Source: Paragordius varius
Lineage: Eukaryota > Animalia > Nematomorpha
Direction: 5' to 3'
NCBI GenBank assembly: GCA_964247055.1
Contig: OZ176051.1
Span: 11,904,001-11,968,000, forward strand
Length of the DNA stretch: 64,000 bases
Shown here: piece by piece, positions 41,101 through 53,100 of the stretch
Position numbering within the stretch: the stretch's first letter is position 1
Layout: every line of letters starts with the position of its first letter
Notes under the pieces: model-generated
Database searches by the model: none
Told to the model about the DNA's origin: nothing
What the model saw: the letters and a program-made list of their open reading frames with translations, nothing else
Program-made: the position numbers and the translations under genes

Positions 41101-44100
41101 CAATTGCTAATACAGTAGCATATGGTAAAAAACAAAAAATGTTTGAAATTAAACATTTTAGCTATCCTTATTTAATCATAAAAAAACTTTGTTACTGTAT
41201 TAATGGCCACCAATAAAGTGGTTATTATATTTACTACAAAATTGGTGTTTTCAGTGATTATAATAGTCTATACCATTTGCATTTTAGAAAATGGTTAAAA
41301 GCGGTCCGAAGCTTTCATTTCATAAAAATCCTACTAAACAACCTCTAATGGATTACGAATACATGTGTGAATCCTATGTTTTTACGGATGATTTGAAAAA
41401 TAATCTATCTAACTTTACATTTGACGCCGAAAATGGTAACTTTAGAAAAAATCTTTTTTAGTAATTTTTTTAAATATATATAAAAATTGTAGTTTTCTAC
41501 TTAATTAAATATACCTACCCAATAAATATAATGTAATAAATGTTAGTTCAAAAAAGTACAATTATACCCGACCCACAACATGCGTCTTTTGCCACAAACC
41601 TCTCTAAAATTGAAAATCAATTCGGAACTTTCTATGTACATGAATGTTCAATGTGCTGGTCATATCCGGAACCCAGAACTATGGATAAAGTAAGCAGACA
41701 AAATGGCATATAAAAATATATTGGATTTTTATCTTAGAATAGCTTTTATCGGTATGCCCCCTCCCCCTACATTTATAATTAAAAAAATTAATATAATATT
41801 GTGCTATAATTATACAATTTAATGTTGTCTATAGTATTTTTGTCATATGGATGTCTAAATTTAAATTAATTAACCTCAACATTGTAAATTATTAAATTCT
41901 TTGATTATTTACACGCTTATTTATTATTTCCATTTAGATCATTCTAAATCCACCGCCTTATTGTAGGGAATATGTTGAACCTCAAAATATACCTATTTCT
42001 CAGACTGAATCAAGCGTTTTAACAAGCTCCCTTATTGAATCAAACATTGAAAAACTTAATTCTTGTAAACAAACAAAAGATCCTTTCGTACTGTGTAAAT
42101 TAGAATATGGAACTTTGCCCAATAATATTAACAATCACCAAAATCGACAGTCATCTATTTTCTTTAAAACGCTGAGTGAATTAGATATATCCCGAACTGT
42201 TACATTTCTAGATTGCGCTGATCAAAATTATTCTGTCAACATTTATAAAAAGCCTACTAAAAGTTTGTTTATTTAAATTAAGATATATTTTCATTGAATT
42301 ATTCAGATACATAATTAGTTGTTTGTTAAATTAATCGAAATATTATTTTATTTGCTACTTATAAAATTAAGCCTTTTATTAGATTCATATAACTTTGAAG
42401 TCTATTTTTCATATTAGATAAAAACACCTCAAACCTATATTCGGATGTTTGGAAATTTACAATCTTTATAATCCATTCAACCGTTCCACTTACAGAAATA
42501 AATTATACATTGTTAATTACGACACTCTCCCCTATATCCCTGGCTGGTTGCTTATGTGTGGATAGCATATTTAATCCCGTCATATATAATGATATCGTAC
42601 AATATAACCCTAATAATTATAAATGCAATCAAAAATTAAAATATGATTTTACCATATCTCAACTACAGTTCAATTTGTTTGATGTGTTGCCCCTTAAAAT
42701 TTATCAGGAAATATCTTCAATTGATGACTATGAAACTTTCGGTAATAATTTTCTTTATTAATAGTAAATCAAATATTTTTTCACATAGAATTCACATTTA
42801 ATATATTTAATCATTTTGCAATAATAACTTACTTTTCCGAATTTAATCATTAGACTTTACATAGAAGTTATTTAATTAGTTTATAAATTTTAAATAATTA
42901 ATATAAATTAACCAGACATTTGGTTTTAGACGCATTACATACCATTTACAATTCAAATACACCCTTAAATTATGTGTTTTCGGTCTAATATAACTCATTA
43001 TTAATATAAAATATATCTTAATGGCATAGTTTATTATTTTTTCAGTAATAAATTTTAAACGAAATTTATTTTTAAAAATATATTAGTAAGTTTTAATCTT
43101 AAAAAACACTAAATTTATTTTAGGGTGAATTTGCATTGTTCAAGGGTGAATTTGCATTGTTCAAGGGTGAATTTGAACTGTGATTGGTATATATAATATA
43201 TATATATATATATATTTATATATTCTCAAACTTTGTTTAATAAATAATTTTTTTTGACCAATTATAGGTGTTCCCGTAACCATTTTAGCCCTACAATTGA
43301 ACGCTTATGAACTAATTTTGAGTAAAAAATTAATGAACCAGGATTTATCTACAAAATCGTCTCTTATAAATGGGTTTGGATACTGTTATGATCTCAACCA
43401 AATTAAGGTAGGATATAGAATTTTATTGGGTAAACTATATAATAGTTTGAAAACGCTTTTCAGTAGGCAAAAATGTTTTAAAAATGTTAACAAAATAAAA
43501 AATGGTACCAATAAAAAATTTACGATTGTTTAGAAGATATATCATGCAATATTTAGCTCAAAATAAATAAAAAACAAAAATTATTAAAGCAGCCCGTGAA
43601 GATAGTTGTGCTGGACACCTCTGGCTAATATTATTTTTAATCACTATATATGTTTGAGTTTTTTGTATTTAGTTTCCATTTTTCCATGGCAAAAACCTGG
43701 ATTTAAGCCTTAAAACAAATCTCAAAAATGCTAACTTTGAATCCGATTTCATTCGTTTCATTGTTACACCTGAGCTTTATCGAACCATTTCTCATTACAC
43801 CAATGATTGGAAACTTTTTGATGAATCAGTATATCGTTTATTTATTTTTACCATATTTTAAGTGTCGTCATTCTATTAAAATATATCTATATTTTTTACC
43901 ATTAGTTGTTTCCAAAATCCATGTCAAATTTTCCATGCAGTATTATTTTAAAGAATGCAACACCCTTAACACTTATCATAGGACAGGATATGAATTTGTT
44001 TGATCACTTTAATTTTATCGATACGACGAGCGGTGAAGAAATCCAAAAATTACCCATAATCAATAATCGAGAAATGAACAGTTTAGAATTACGGCCCTCT

Positions 44101-47100
44101 CAAAGTGTAGCGATCGAGTATGCAATTATTTTATTAATTACTCTAAAATTTTTAAAATTAATTAATATTATTTAACAAAACATAATAGATTATAAATTTG
44201 TTTTTGCTTTTAATGGTTTCGCGATTTTTTGATTCCCCATAAGCATAATTTCTATTAGATGAATTTTATACGTTTTTAACTTGCTGTTTAGTTTACTTTT
44301 TTTATTTTATTCTCGCACGGATCTTACACATTTTACTAAATTTCATATATTTTAAGACTAAACGTTTTAATTGGATGCTTAATAATTATTGCAACGCTTT
44401 AATTGGATGCTTAATAATTATAGCAAAACAATTTTATTTTACTTTTTATATGACAGCTGGAGATTTCGATGTCAATTCAATAAGAATTGTCGAGGTGAGA
44501 ATGTTTATAATTTGGTGTGCGCGTTCCCAAACAATCCGCAAAAATGGTATCCCTTCTCTATAACAAAAACAATTACATCTAATCAAGCTAACACCAACAA
44601 ATCTATTGCAATAAATTACACCTCATTGAGGGCACTTTGTACGCACGAAAAAAATTCCAATAAAATGCTGGTAAGAAATTCATATTAGCAGTATCGATAT
44701 AAACGATATGTTATTTTATAAATATTTTTTAAAATTGATAATAGGTGATGTTTTTTAAATTATTAATACTAGTTACATTTTCCAGTAAACTATAAAATCA
44801 AAACGAAGGCAAAAACGTTCGCATGTTTTGATTTATCTTGGTTAAACAAATATACCGGCTTAATTTTATTTGTATATATTAGATTATTAATATTTTTGAT
44901 TTGTATTTAATTCAATTTAGATCCGCACTAAAAAATTTCTTTTAAAACATGGAGTGTTGGAGTTTAAAACATAAAGGATATCTCACAATAAACTATGAAA
45001 GAAATATTAATTACATAGAAAATATTTTAATAACTAATAAGATATTATAAATATAATTTTAAAAAGATCTTCATTACATAATTATATTTAATTTATACCT
45101 ATCTGATAAAATATTGGTGTCTTATTTAAAATTATCTATTAAAATAGTTAGGTGTAAGAAAATAGTAATAACATTTAACCACCTCCAAGAGGTTATACGA
45201 TCAAAAAACCAAACCCTTATTCCTTTATCAGGGAGGGTTGTACGCTTTTAAAAATAAAAATGGATTTCATTCAATATATTCCAAAATTGGTAGAATAGAA
45301 ATCCAAAAATTATTAAAGCAGCCCAGAAGATATTTGTGCTAAACACCTGAGAGATAAATAAATATAAAACACCATTTGAGACATAACCATTTTTATACTT
45401 TGGGTTTGAAACAATCATACAAAGTAATATATAAGATTTTAACAATTAACTAGGTTCTTATTACATTCATAAAAAATCTCATAGTACAGCATCCGAAAAT
45501 GGGATATTTTTTTACGTATTTATAATTAAGTTGATTTTGCCTTAAGAGAAACGAGAGGAATTATTTGCAAAACGATTTTGATATTTAATAAGAATAACAT
45601 TTAAAAGAATTTGCGCTTTGTCTTTTATCTTATTCTATAAACGAATTTAATTAATCCTATCAATGTTTCCGTAAATTTCAATCATTATTTATTCCAATGA
45701 TTGGTTTATTACAAAACAATCTCTCTATTAAATGTCCTTTTTTCCAAGATTATACAAACTCTGTAGTAATTGTAGAAAAATATTTGGAATTTAAACTTAT
45801 AAAATCTGTATGATAATGTTTGTGATGCTTTTAAAAATTATCAAATTCTAATAGATATTTCGAATATATATAATTTTGACTAATATCTTGTGCGATTCTA
45901 TATTTTATAAAATATCATTACATTAGAATTTCGAAATAAAATCTAATATAATTATACCAAAAAATTGGTTTTTTATAGCCAAAATGAAAAATTGTTTAAT
46001 ACCTCTTAAATGCATAATACGAAGAAACGAATTTATATTAATATTCTTCCCTATATTTAAATAAGATATGTGGGCTAGAATTCCTTATTACTCATTTTCA
46101 ACATGTTTTTTTACATTCCTGTTTGCCCATTGAATTTAGACACACATGGTTCTTCAATAGATTCTTATTTTTATCTTCCACAAGTTGTATTCAATTAAAG
46201 TGCGTATTTAAATGGTTTCCAAAATGTTTTAAAACATTTGCATGCCAAATTTTCAATAAATTTAGCAGATGATATATAACTTTTTTCATTTTATTCAAAT
46301 TCTCTTTACGGGAATTTAAGTACATTTTATAACTTAATTCATACTAATATTTTTAAGTAGTACAGATGTTGTTAAGTCGAAAAGATTGCATATTTATATT
46401 TTTGTGTTTTGTTCTAAAACAATTGGGTCAAACTACGTGTAGAAAACAAATTATTCCCCAAATAATATATCTTGACATATCGTTAATTAAAGATCCAATA
46501 GGAGTCAATTATTAAATTTGATATATAATTATAGACAAAACAAACTCGGATAATTAAAATTAAGAAATTGATAAATAATTCACAAATAATTTTTCAATTT
46601 ATCGCTTCTCTGGCTTATTAGCTATGATCGATTGTGTAGTATCTGTTCTTATCAGCTTAATATCTGATATGGTTTCTCATTGAAACCCCTGATATTAAAT
46701 CATTTTTTGTAGGTTTTGGGGATTGCTCTAGGCTTGCCTATCACTCCTCAAACGGGTCAACCTGGTATTGCACTATATCCAGGAGTGGCCCAACAATTTT
46801 ATAAACAAAATAATTACTTATGTAATAAAAATTATCATAAAGAAAAATATTGTAAAAATAATACAATGATGCATTCGGGTTTTTGACCTCTCATCAACAT
46901 GAGATGCTTGATTGTATTGGTGACAATTAATTTCTTGAGGTGCGTAGGGTAAGGGAACTTGTTTCTGTCAAAAAAGACGGTCGTTTTCGCGTACCAAGAA
47001 CAAAGGCTCTCTACAACAATTGGCATAACTTGTACACATAAGATTTTAAAATTTGATCGGAGATTATCTTTTATCAGGTCCACTAGGAGGTTGTTGAGGG

Positions 47101-50100
47101 AATGGTTTAGAATTGGAATGTGTGCTTGGATTTCTTTGGCTGCCACAACGATAGCCCAATTGTTTAGATGTTTGAGACCAATTTTCTTTGGTAGGAGATT
47201 GAGCCGCACTCGGTAGAGGTGACTCAACTTATCATCAGCAACGCACTCCACCCGACCCTGCAAAGCAAAATAATGTAGCTTAGTGGGTTCAAAACAACAG
47301 CTGAGTGATTGTCTTGGAGATAGAACTCAGAAATTTTTTTCTGAAAAGAATCATTAAAAGACCAAGAAATTTTAGATTCAGACGCCATTAACCCTCTTGT
47401 CCAAATGTTTTGGCATTTATTAGCTAGATGGAGACACAACGGTTCTCATAACCAGACAAATATTTGTCTGACTGATCGGGAGTTATAAAATCTAATTTAA
47501 CCTTACAAATGCTAGCCGACTTAAGTTCCTCGAGAGCAGAAACTCTTAAAAGCGAAATCGATACAAAATATATTGATATCATCTCAAAATAGGGCGTCCC
47601 TAAGGGGCCCGTATCACGATGCGAGCGAAATTCAGAATCTGCTCAAAAACTTTAGTCATTTTTGATCAAGAAATTCTCGTGTTACCATTTTGAATCATTA
47701 TTTCTCAATTGGGAAATAGTGGGATAGAAGAGGGTTTTTATTGCTTCAAGCTTTTGCCACGGAAGGAGGTTAGAGCTATGGATTTTATCGGGAATTTTTC
47801 TAGAAGGAACGGGTTTGTGAGGTTGACACCGGGCTTACCTAAAAACTTAAAAAAACAATAATTATGAAGAAATGTTTGGATTGTTGTTTGTTTCATTTCG
47901 TCCACTCATAAAGAAGTGAAACATATCGCATGACGCTTTAATGACGTCCGATATGATCAGCTTCCTCTCGAAGATTACGCCATTGTTGCAGCAGGAGCCC
48001 AGAGATCCAACGACGATCGGGATGACCTCGACATCATTAAGGCGCTCTCGCAGTCCAGTGGCGAAGGATTCGTACCTGATAAGCTTGTTTGTTGCGGCCT
48101 GATGGAGTGAGGATAGCCGAATTTTATATGGTACCGTGGGATCGATGATGAAGCAGGATGATTCATCGTGACGATTCTTGATTCTCGCTGATGACTTGGA
48201 AGTTTGGTGGTAGCGCCTCCTTGATCCGATTTATTAGATTGTGTCTCTTGGCTATTAGATTGCTCTCTTTTAAACAGTTATTGAGAACATGGGCGGGGGC
48301 TTCGTTATCTTTGCCACATCGTCGACATTTCAGTGTTGGGTCGTGTTTACGAGAATTGGTGGGGAGAAGATTGAGCCTGGCGCGATGAATGAATTTTCAA
48401 TCAAATAATCTCATGTGTTTTGCTGTAAAAAGAAAAGAATAGCTGGCCCGATCGGCAGCTACACATTCCATAACTCGCCTTGCAGGACTAAGTGATGGAG
48501 TTCTGCATCTTTTAGCGCACGCTGAGTGCGTCTGAGCATCGAGACTACGTTGTTCGATACGGAGTCGTTTTTTATCAACTATTAATGTGGGAGAGGAATT
48601 GATAAATTCCCATTTGATCTTAAGGAACTGAGATGATTTCCGTGCCTCTGTCCAAGGGTGTTGAGCTTTGTTGCTCGGGTTTCTAACGTCCGGATTATTA
48701 TTGCCGGAAAGAGAGGAAGCCATATCCTCCGGAGTTGGGTTTGTAACATTTAATCTATAGGCTGTTGTTTTTGAGAGCACGGCGAGCGACTCTGTTTTAA
48801 TTGATTCGTCGCGGGAGGTTAGCAGTTTGAAAGCGGAATCTATTCTAAATATATGCATGTCATCCTTTAGGAGAAGCATGCCGAGAGCACCTTTGGTGGA
48901 CACGTGGATATAGTTTATGGTGGCGTCTTTTGGAAGAACCAATATTTGTTTGATTATTGTAGTCAATTGTTTATCTATTGCATCCGAGGTATTGCAATTG
49001 ATTTGATTAAAGCGCAATCTGTGTGTGAGTGTGGGATAATAGAATGTTTTTATAGGGTCAAGCTTTTACCAGGCGGCCAGCTTGTAATTTAATATTTTTT
49101 GCGGGATTTTAGTATTTGCGGCTGGTCTTTGAATGTCCAACCCAACCGGGTTACCTAAGAAGTTTGTATATTCGTGGTGTTGTAAGGTTTTAATAATGCC
49201 ATCATCAATTGAGAACTGGTAAGTTGCATTAAGAGAAAAGGTGACACACTTGGAAGAATTTATTGTAAGACCGATTTCACCAAGGAGGAATGTGAGTCGG
49301 TCAAGCGCCGCTTGGTGGAGATGTGGGTTTGGCGATAAGCAAGCCATATCATCCGCATACGCAAGTATTTCGTGACTGTGATTACTTATTTTCTCAATTA
49401 TTGAATTAACGGCAACGTTAATTAAGGTGTTGAGTGGGCAGCCCTGTTTGATGCCGGAGAGGAAGGGGATTTGGTTTGTCAGTCCATGGGATGTCATGAA
49501 AGCTGTGGATAGGATGAGTTTGTATAGATAATTTAAATGATATTAATGAAGCTCTTGGATAGGCCGAAAAGGGTGAGGCCATTGAAGATGGCTTGGTGTG
49601 GAAGGCTATCGAAGGCAGCATCAATATCGATCCATGTTATGAACAATGAGGATTTACTGTGCACCGCTGTTTTGATTTTTTTCGATCACCTAGTTGTGTT
49701 CGAAGCGCCCATCATAGGGGAGGAAACCCTTCTGTTTTGGAGACATGAGATTATTGTTATTGGTGTACTGGATGATTTGATCTGATAAAATGGCTGTAAA
49801 AAGTTTATATTGTATTTGTTAACGAGATTGGACGCCACCCATTAATTTTACTCAAATTTCTTTTTGGGACCAAGATCGAGATGGAAGATTTCCAAGCATC
49901 AGGTATGCGTTGGTGATTGAGACAAATATTGTAAATAGCTGAGAGTAGTTTACCATTATTGTCTATTTTTAACCATTTTTGATAAGTGACGCCGTCATTG
50001 CCGGGGGAAGACTTTGGCATTTTTTTAAGCTTGTCGACTATTGTTTTTGGCAAGATTAGCTCCATGTCTAAAACATTGTCGTGGGATGTGATTGCAGGTA

Positions 50101-53100
50101 CCGAATTTAGCGTATAAGAACGTCCGATCAAGGATTTAAAATGAGATTCAATCACCTGGGGATCGATTTTACAGGACTTGGGCGGGCCTTCCATGATAAG
50201 ACGCATCGCCTTTCGTCTATTAAAACGGTATAGCTTTTGTAGGTAACGTGGGTTAGGATTTTCAATTGAGAATTTCTTGGGATTTTAGAAGAACGAGGAG
50301 AACTATGGTACCGGATGATATCATCCAATATTTCCTCGAATCTGGCCCAGGGATCCGGGTGAGAACTGATATTATTTAATTCGTTGATAAAATCGGGTGG
50401 TTTGTTATTATTATCAGGTATTAAATAGTTTGACCGGCCTTCCAAAGGCGGAGTAATAGAGTGTGGTACGTCTGGTTCAACTTCGCAAATATTCGAAGTG
50501 GATGGAGCATCATCCTCGATTGGATATTCTAATATTGAAAACCTATTATTGCAGGTGACTGTATCGCTAGCGTTAAAAGTTTGATGGGCAAACTTGTGAC
50601 AGTGACTTTTAACTGGGGATTTCTGTCGGACAGGTTTGTTATCAGGGTTAAATTTAGTATCAAGAAGCGAAGTCGCTTTCTCATGATGGCGTATTGGAGC
50701 ATTATGTGAACGAATGTGATGATCCAGATTACTTTTTTTGGGATATGTTTCGCCGCAAATGTTGCATTTGTGCGGGAATAGAGTTTTGGGGATCTCGTGC
50801 CGCGATTGTAACTTTGAATGTCCATTAAAAAATTGTAGTCACATATGGCCATGAAGTGAATGGCTAAACCCAATTCCTCCCGAGGCACCTCACCTTAAAC
50901 TACAAATTTAGGACTGAAGTCCGGAATTATAAACCTGGCGATTTGGATGTGGGACGCTATCCTTCATAACACTTATAATCGTGCCACTGGCACGAGCTCC
51001 CTAAAACTCTATTCCCCCACAAATGCAACGTTTGCGGCGAAACATATCCCAAAAAAAGTAATCTGGATCATCATAATCGTTCACATAATGCTCCAAAACT
51101 CCATCATGAGAAAGCGACCTCGCTTCTTGACACCAAATTCAATCCTGATAACAAACCCGTCCAACAGAAATTCTTAGTTAAAAGTCACTGTCGACAGTTT
51201 CCCCAACAAACTTTTAACGCTAGCAATACAATCACCTGCAATAATAAGTTTTCAATATTACAATATTCAGTCGAGAATGATCCTCATCTTCAAATATTTG
51301 CGAAGTTGAACCAGACTCATTACACTCTATTACCCCTCCTTTGGAAGGCCGGTCAAACTATTTGATACCTGATAATTACAAACCACCCGTTTTTATCAAC
51401 GAATTAAATAATATCAGTTCTCACCCGGATCCCTGGGCCAGATTCGAGGAAATATTGGATGATATCATCCGTTACCACAGTTCTACTCGTTCTTCTCAAA
51501 ACGATCCCAATAAATTCTCAACTGAAAATGCAAACCCACGTTACCTACAAAACCTATACCGTTTCAATAGACGAAAGGCGATGCGTCTTATCATGGAAGG
51601 CCCGCCCAAGTCCTGTAAAATCGATCCCCAGGTGATTGAATCTCATTTTAAATCCTTGATCGGACGTTCTTATACGCTAAATTCGGTACCTGCAATCACA
51701 TCCCACGACAATGTTTTAGACATGGAGCTAATCTTGCCAAAAACAATAGTCGACAAGCTTAAAAAAATGCCAAAGTCTTCCCCCGGCAATGACGGCGTCA
51801 CTTATCAAAAATGGTTAAAAATAGACAATAATGGTAAACTACTCTCAGCTATTTACAATATTTGTCTCAATCACCAACTCATACCTGATGCTCCATCTCG
51901 ATCTTGGTTCCCAAAAAGAACCAAGATTTGAGTAAAATTAATGGGTGGCTTACAATCTCTTTAACAAATACAGTATATAAACCTCTTACAGCCATTTTAT
52001 CAGATCGAATCATCCACCAATAACAATAATCTCATGTCTCCCAAACAGAAGGGTTTCCTCCCCTATGATGGGTGCTTCGAACACAACTACGTGATCGAAA
52101 AAAATCAAAACAGCGGTGCACAGTAAATCCTCATTGTTCATAGCATGGATCGATATTGATGCTGCCTTCGATAGCCTTCCACACCAAGCCATCACAATGG
52201 TTTCACCCTTTTGGGCCTATCCGAAAGCTTCATTAATATCATTTAAAATATCTATACAAACTCATCCACAGCTTTCATGACATCCCATGGACTGACAAAC
52301 CAAATCCCGTTCCTCTCCGGCATCAAACAGGGCTGCCCCTTTTCTGGCACCTTATTTAACGGTTAATTCAATAATTGAGAAAATGAGTAATCACAGTCAC
52401 AAAATACTTGCGTATGCGGATGATATGGCTTGCTTATCGCCAAACCCACATCTCCACCAAGCAGCGCTTGACCGACTCACATCCCTCCTTAGTGAAATCG
52501 GTCTAACCATAAATATCTCCAAGTGTATCACCCTTTGCCTTAATGCCAATTACCAGTTCTCGATTGATGATGGCATTATTAGAACTTTTTAACACCACCA
52601 ATATACAAACTTCTTGGGTAACCCAGTTGGGTTGGACATTGGACCTGCTCAAAATCCTGAAATCCCGCAAAAATATTAAATCCCAAGCTGGCCCCCTGGC
52701 AAAAGCTTGACGCTATAAAAACATTCTATTATCCCAGACTCTTGCACAGACTGCGCTTTAATCAAATCAATTACAATACTTCGGATGCAATAGATAAACA
52801 ATTGACTACAGACAAATATTGGCTCTTCCAGGAGATAACCACAAACTATATCTACGGGTCCAAGCTCAAAGGTGCTTCTGCATGCCTCTCCTAAAGGATC
52901 ACATGCATATATTTAGAATAGATTCAGCTTTCAAACTGCTAACCTCCCGCGACGAATTAATTAAAATAGAGTCGCTCGCCGAGCTCTCAAAAACAACAGC
53001 CTATAGATTAAAAGTTAAAAACCGAACTCCGGAGGATATGGCTTCCTATCTTTCCGGCAATGATAACCCAGACGTTACAAACCCTAGCAATAAAGCTCAA

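Noticed and set aside
43124-43186. 63-nt AG...GT-bounded segment built from a 21-bp repeat, as a possible cassette exon
   Set aside because: The neighbouring exons (ending ~42742 and starting 43268) join in phase 1, and in that phase the segment begins GG-TGA (stop).
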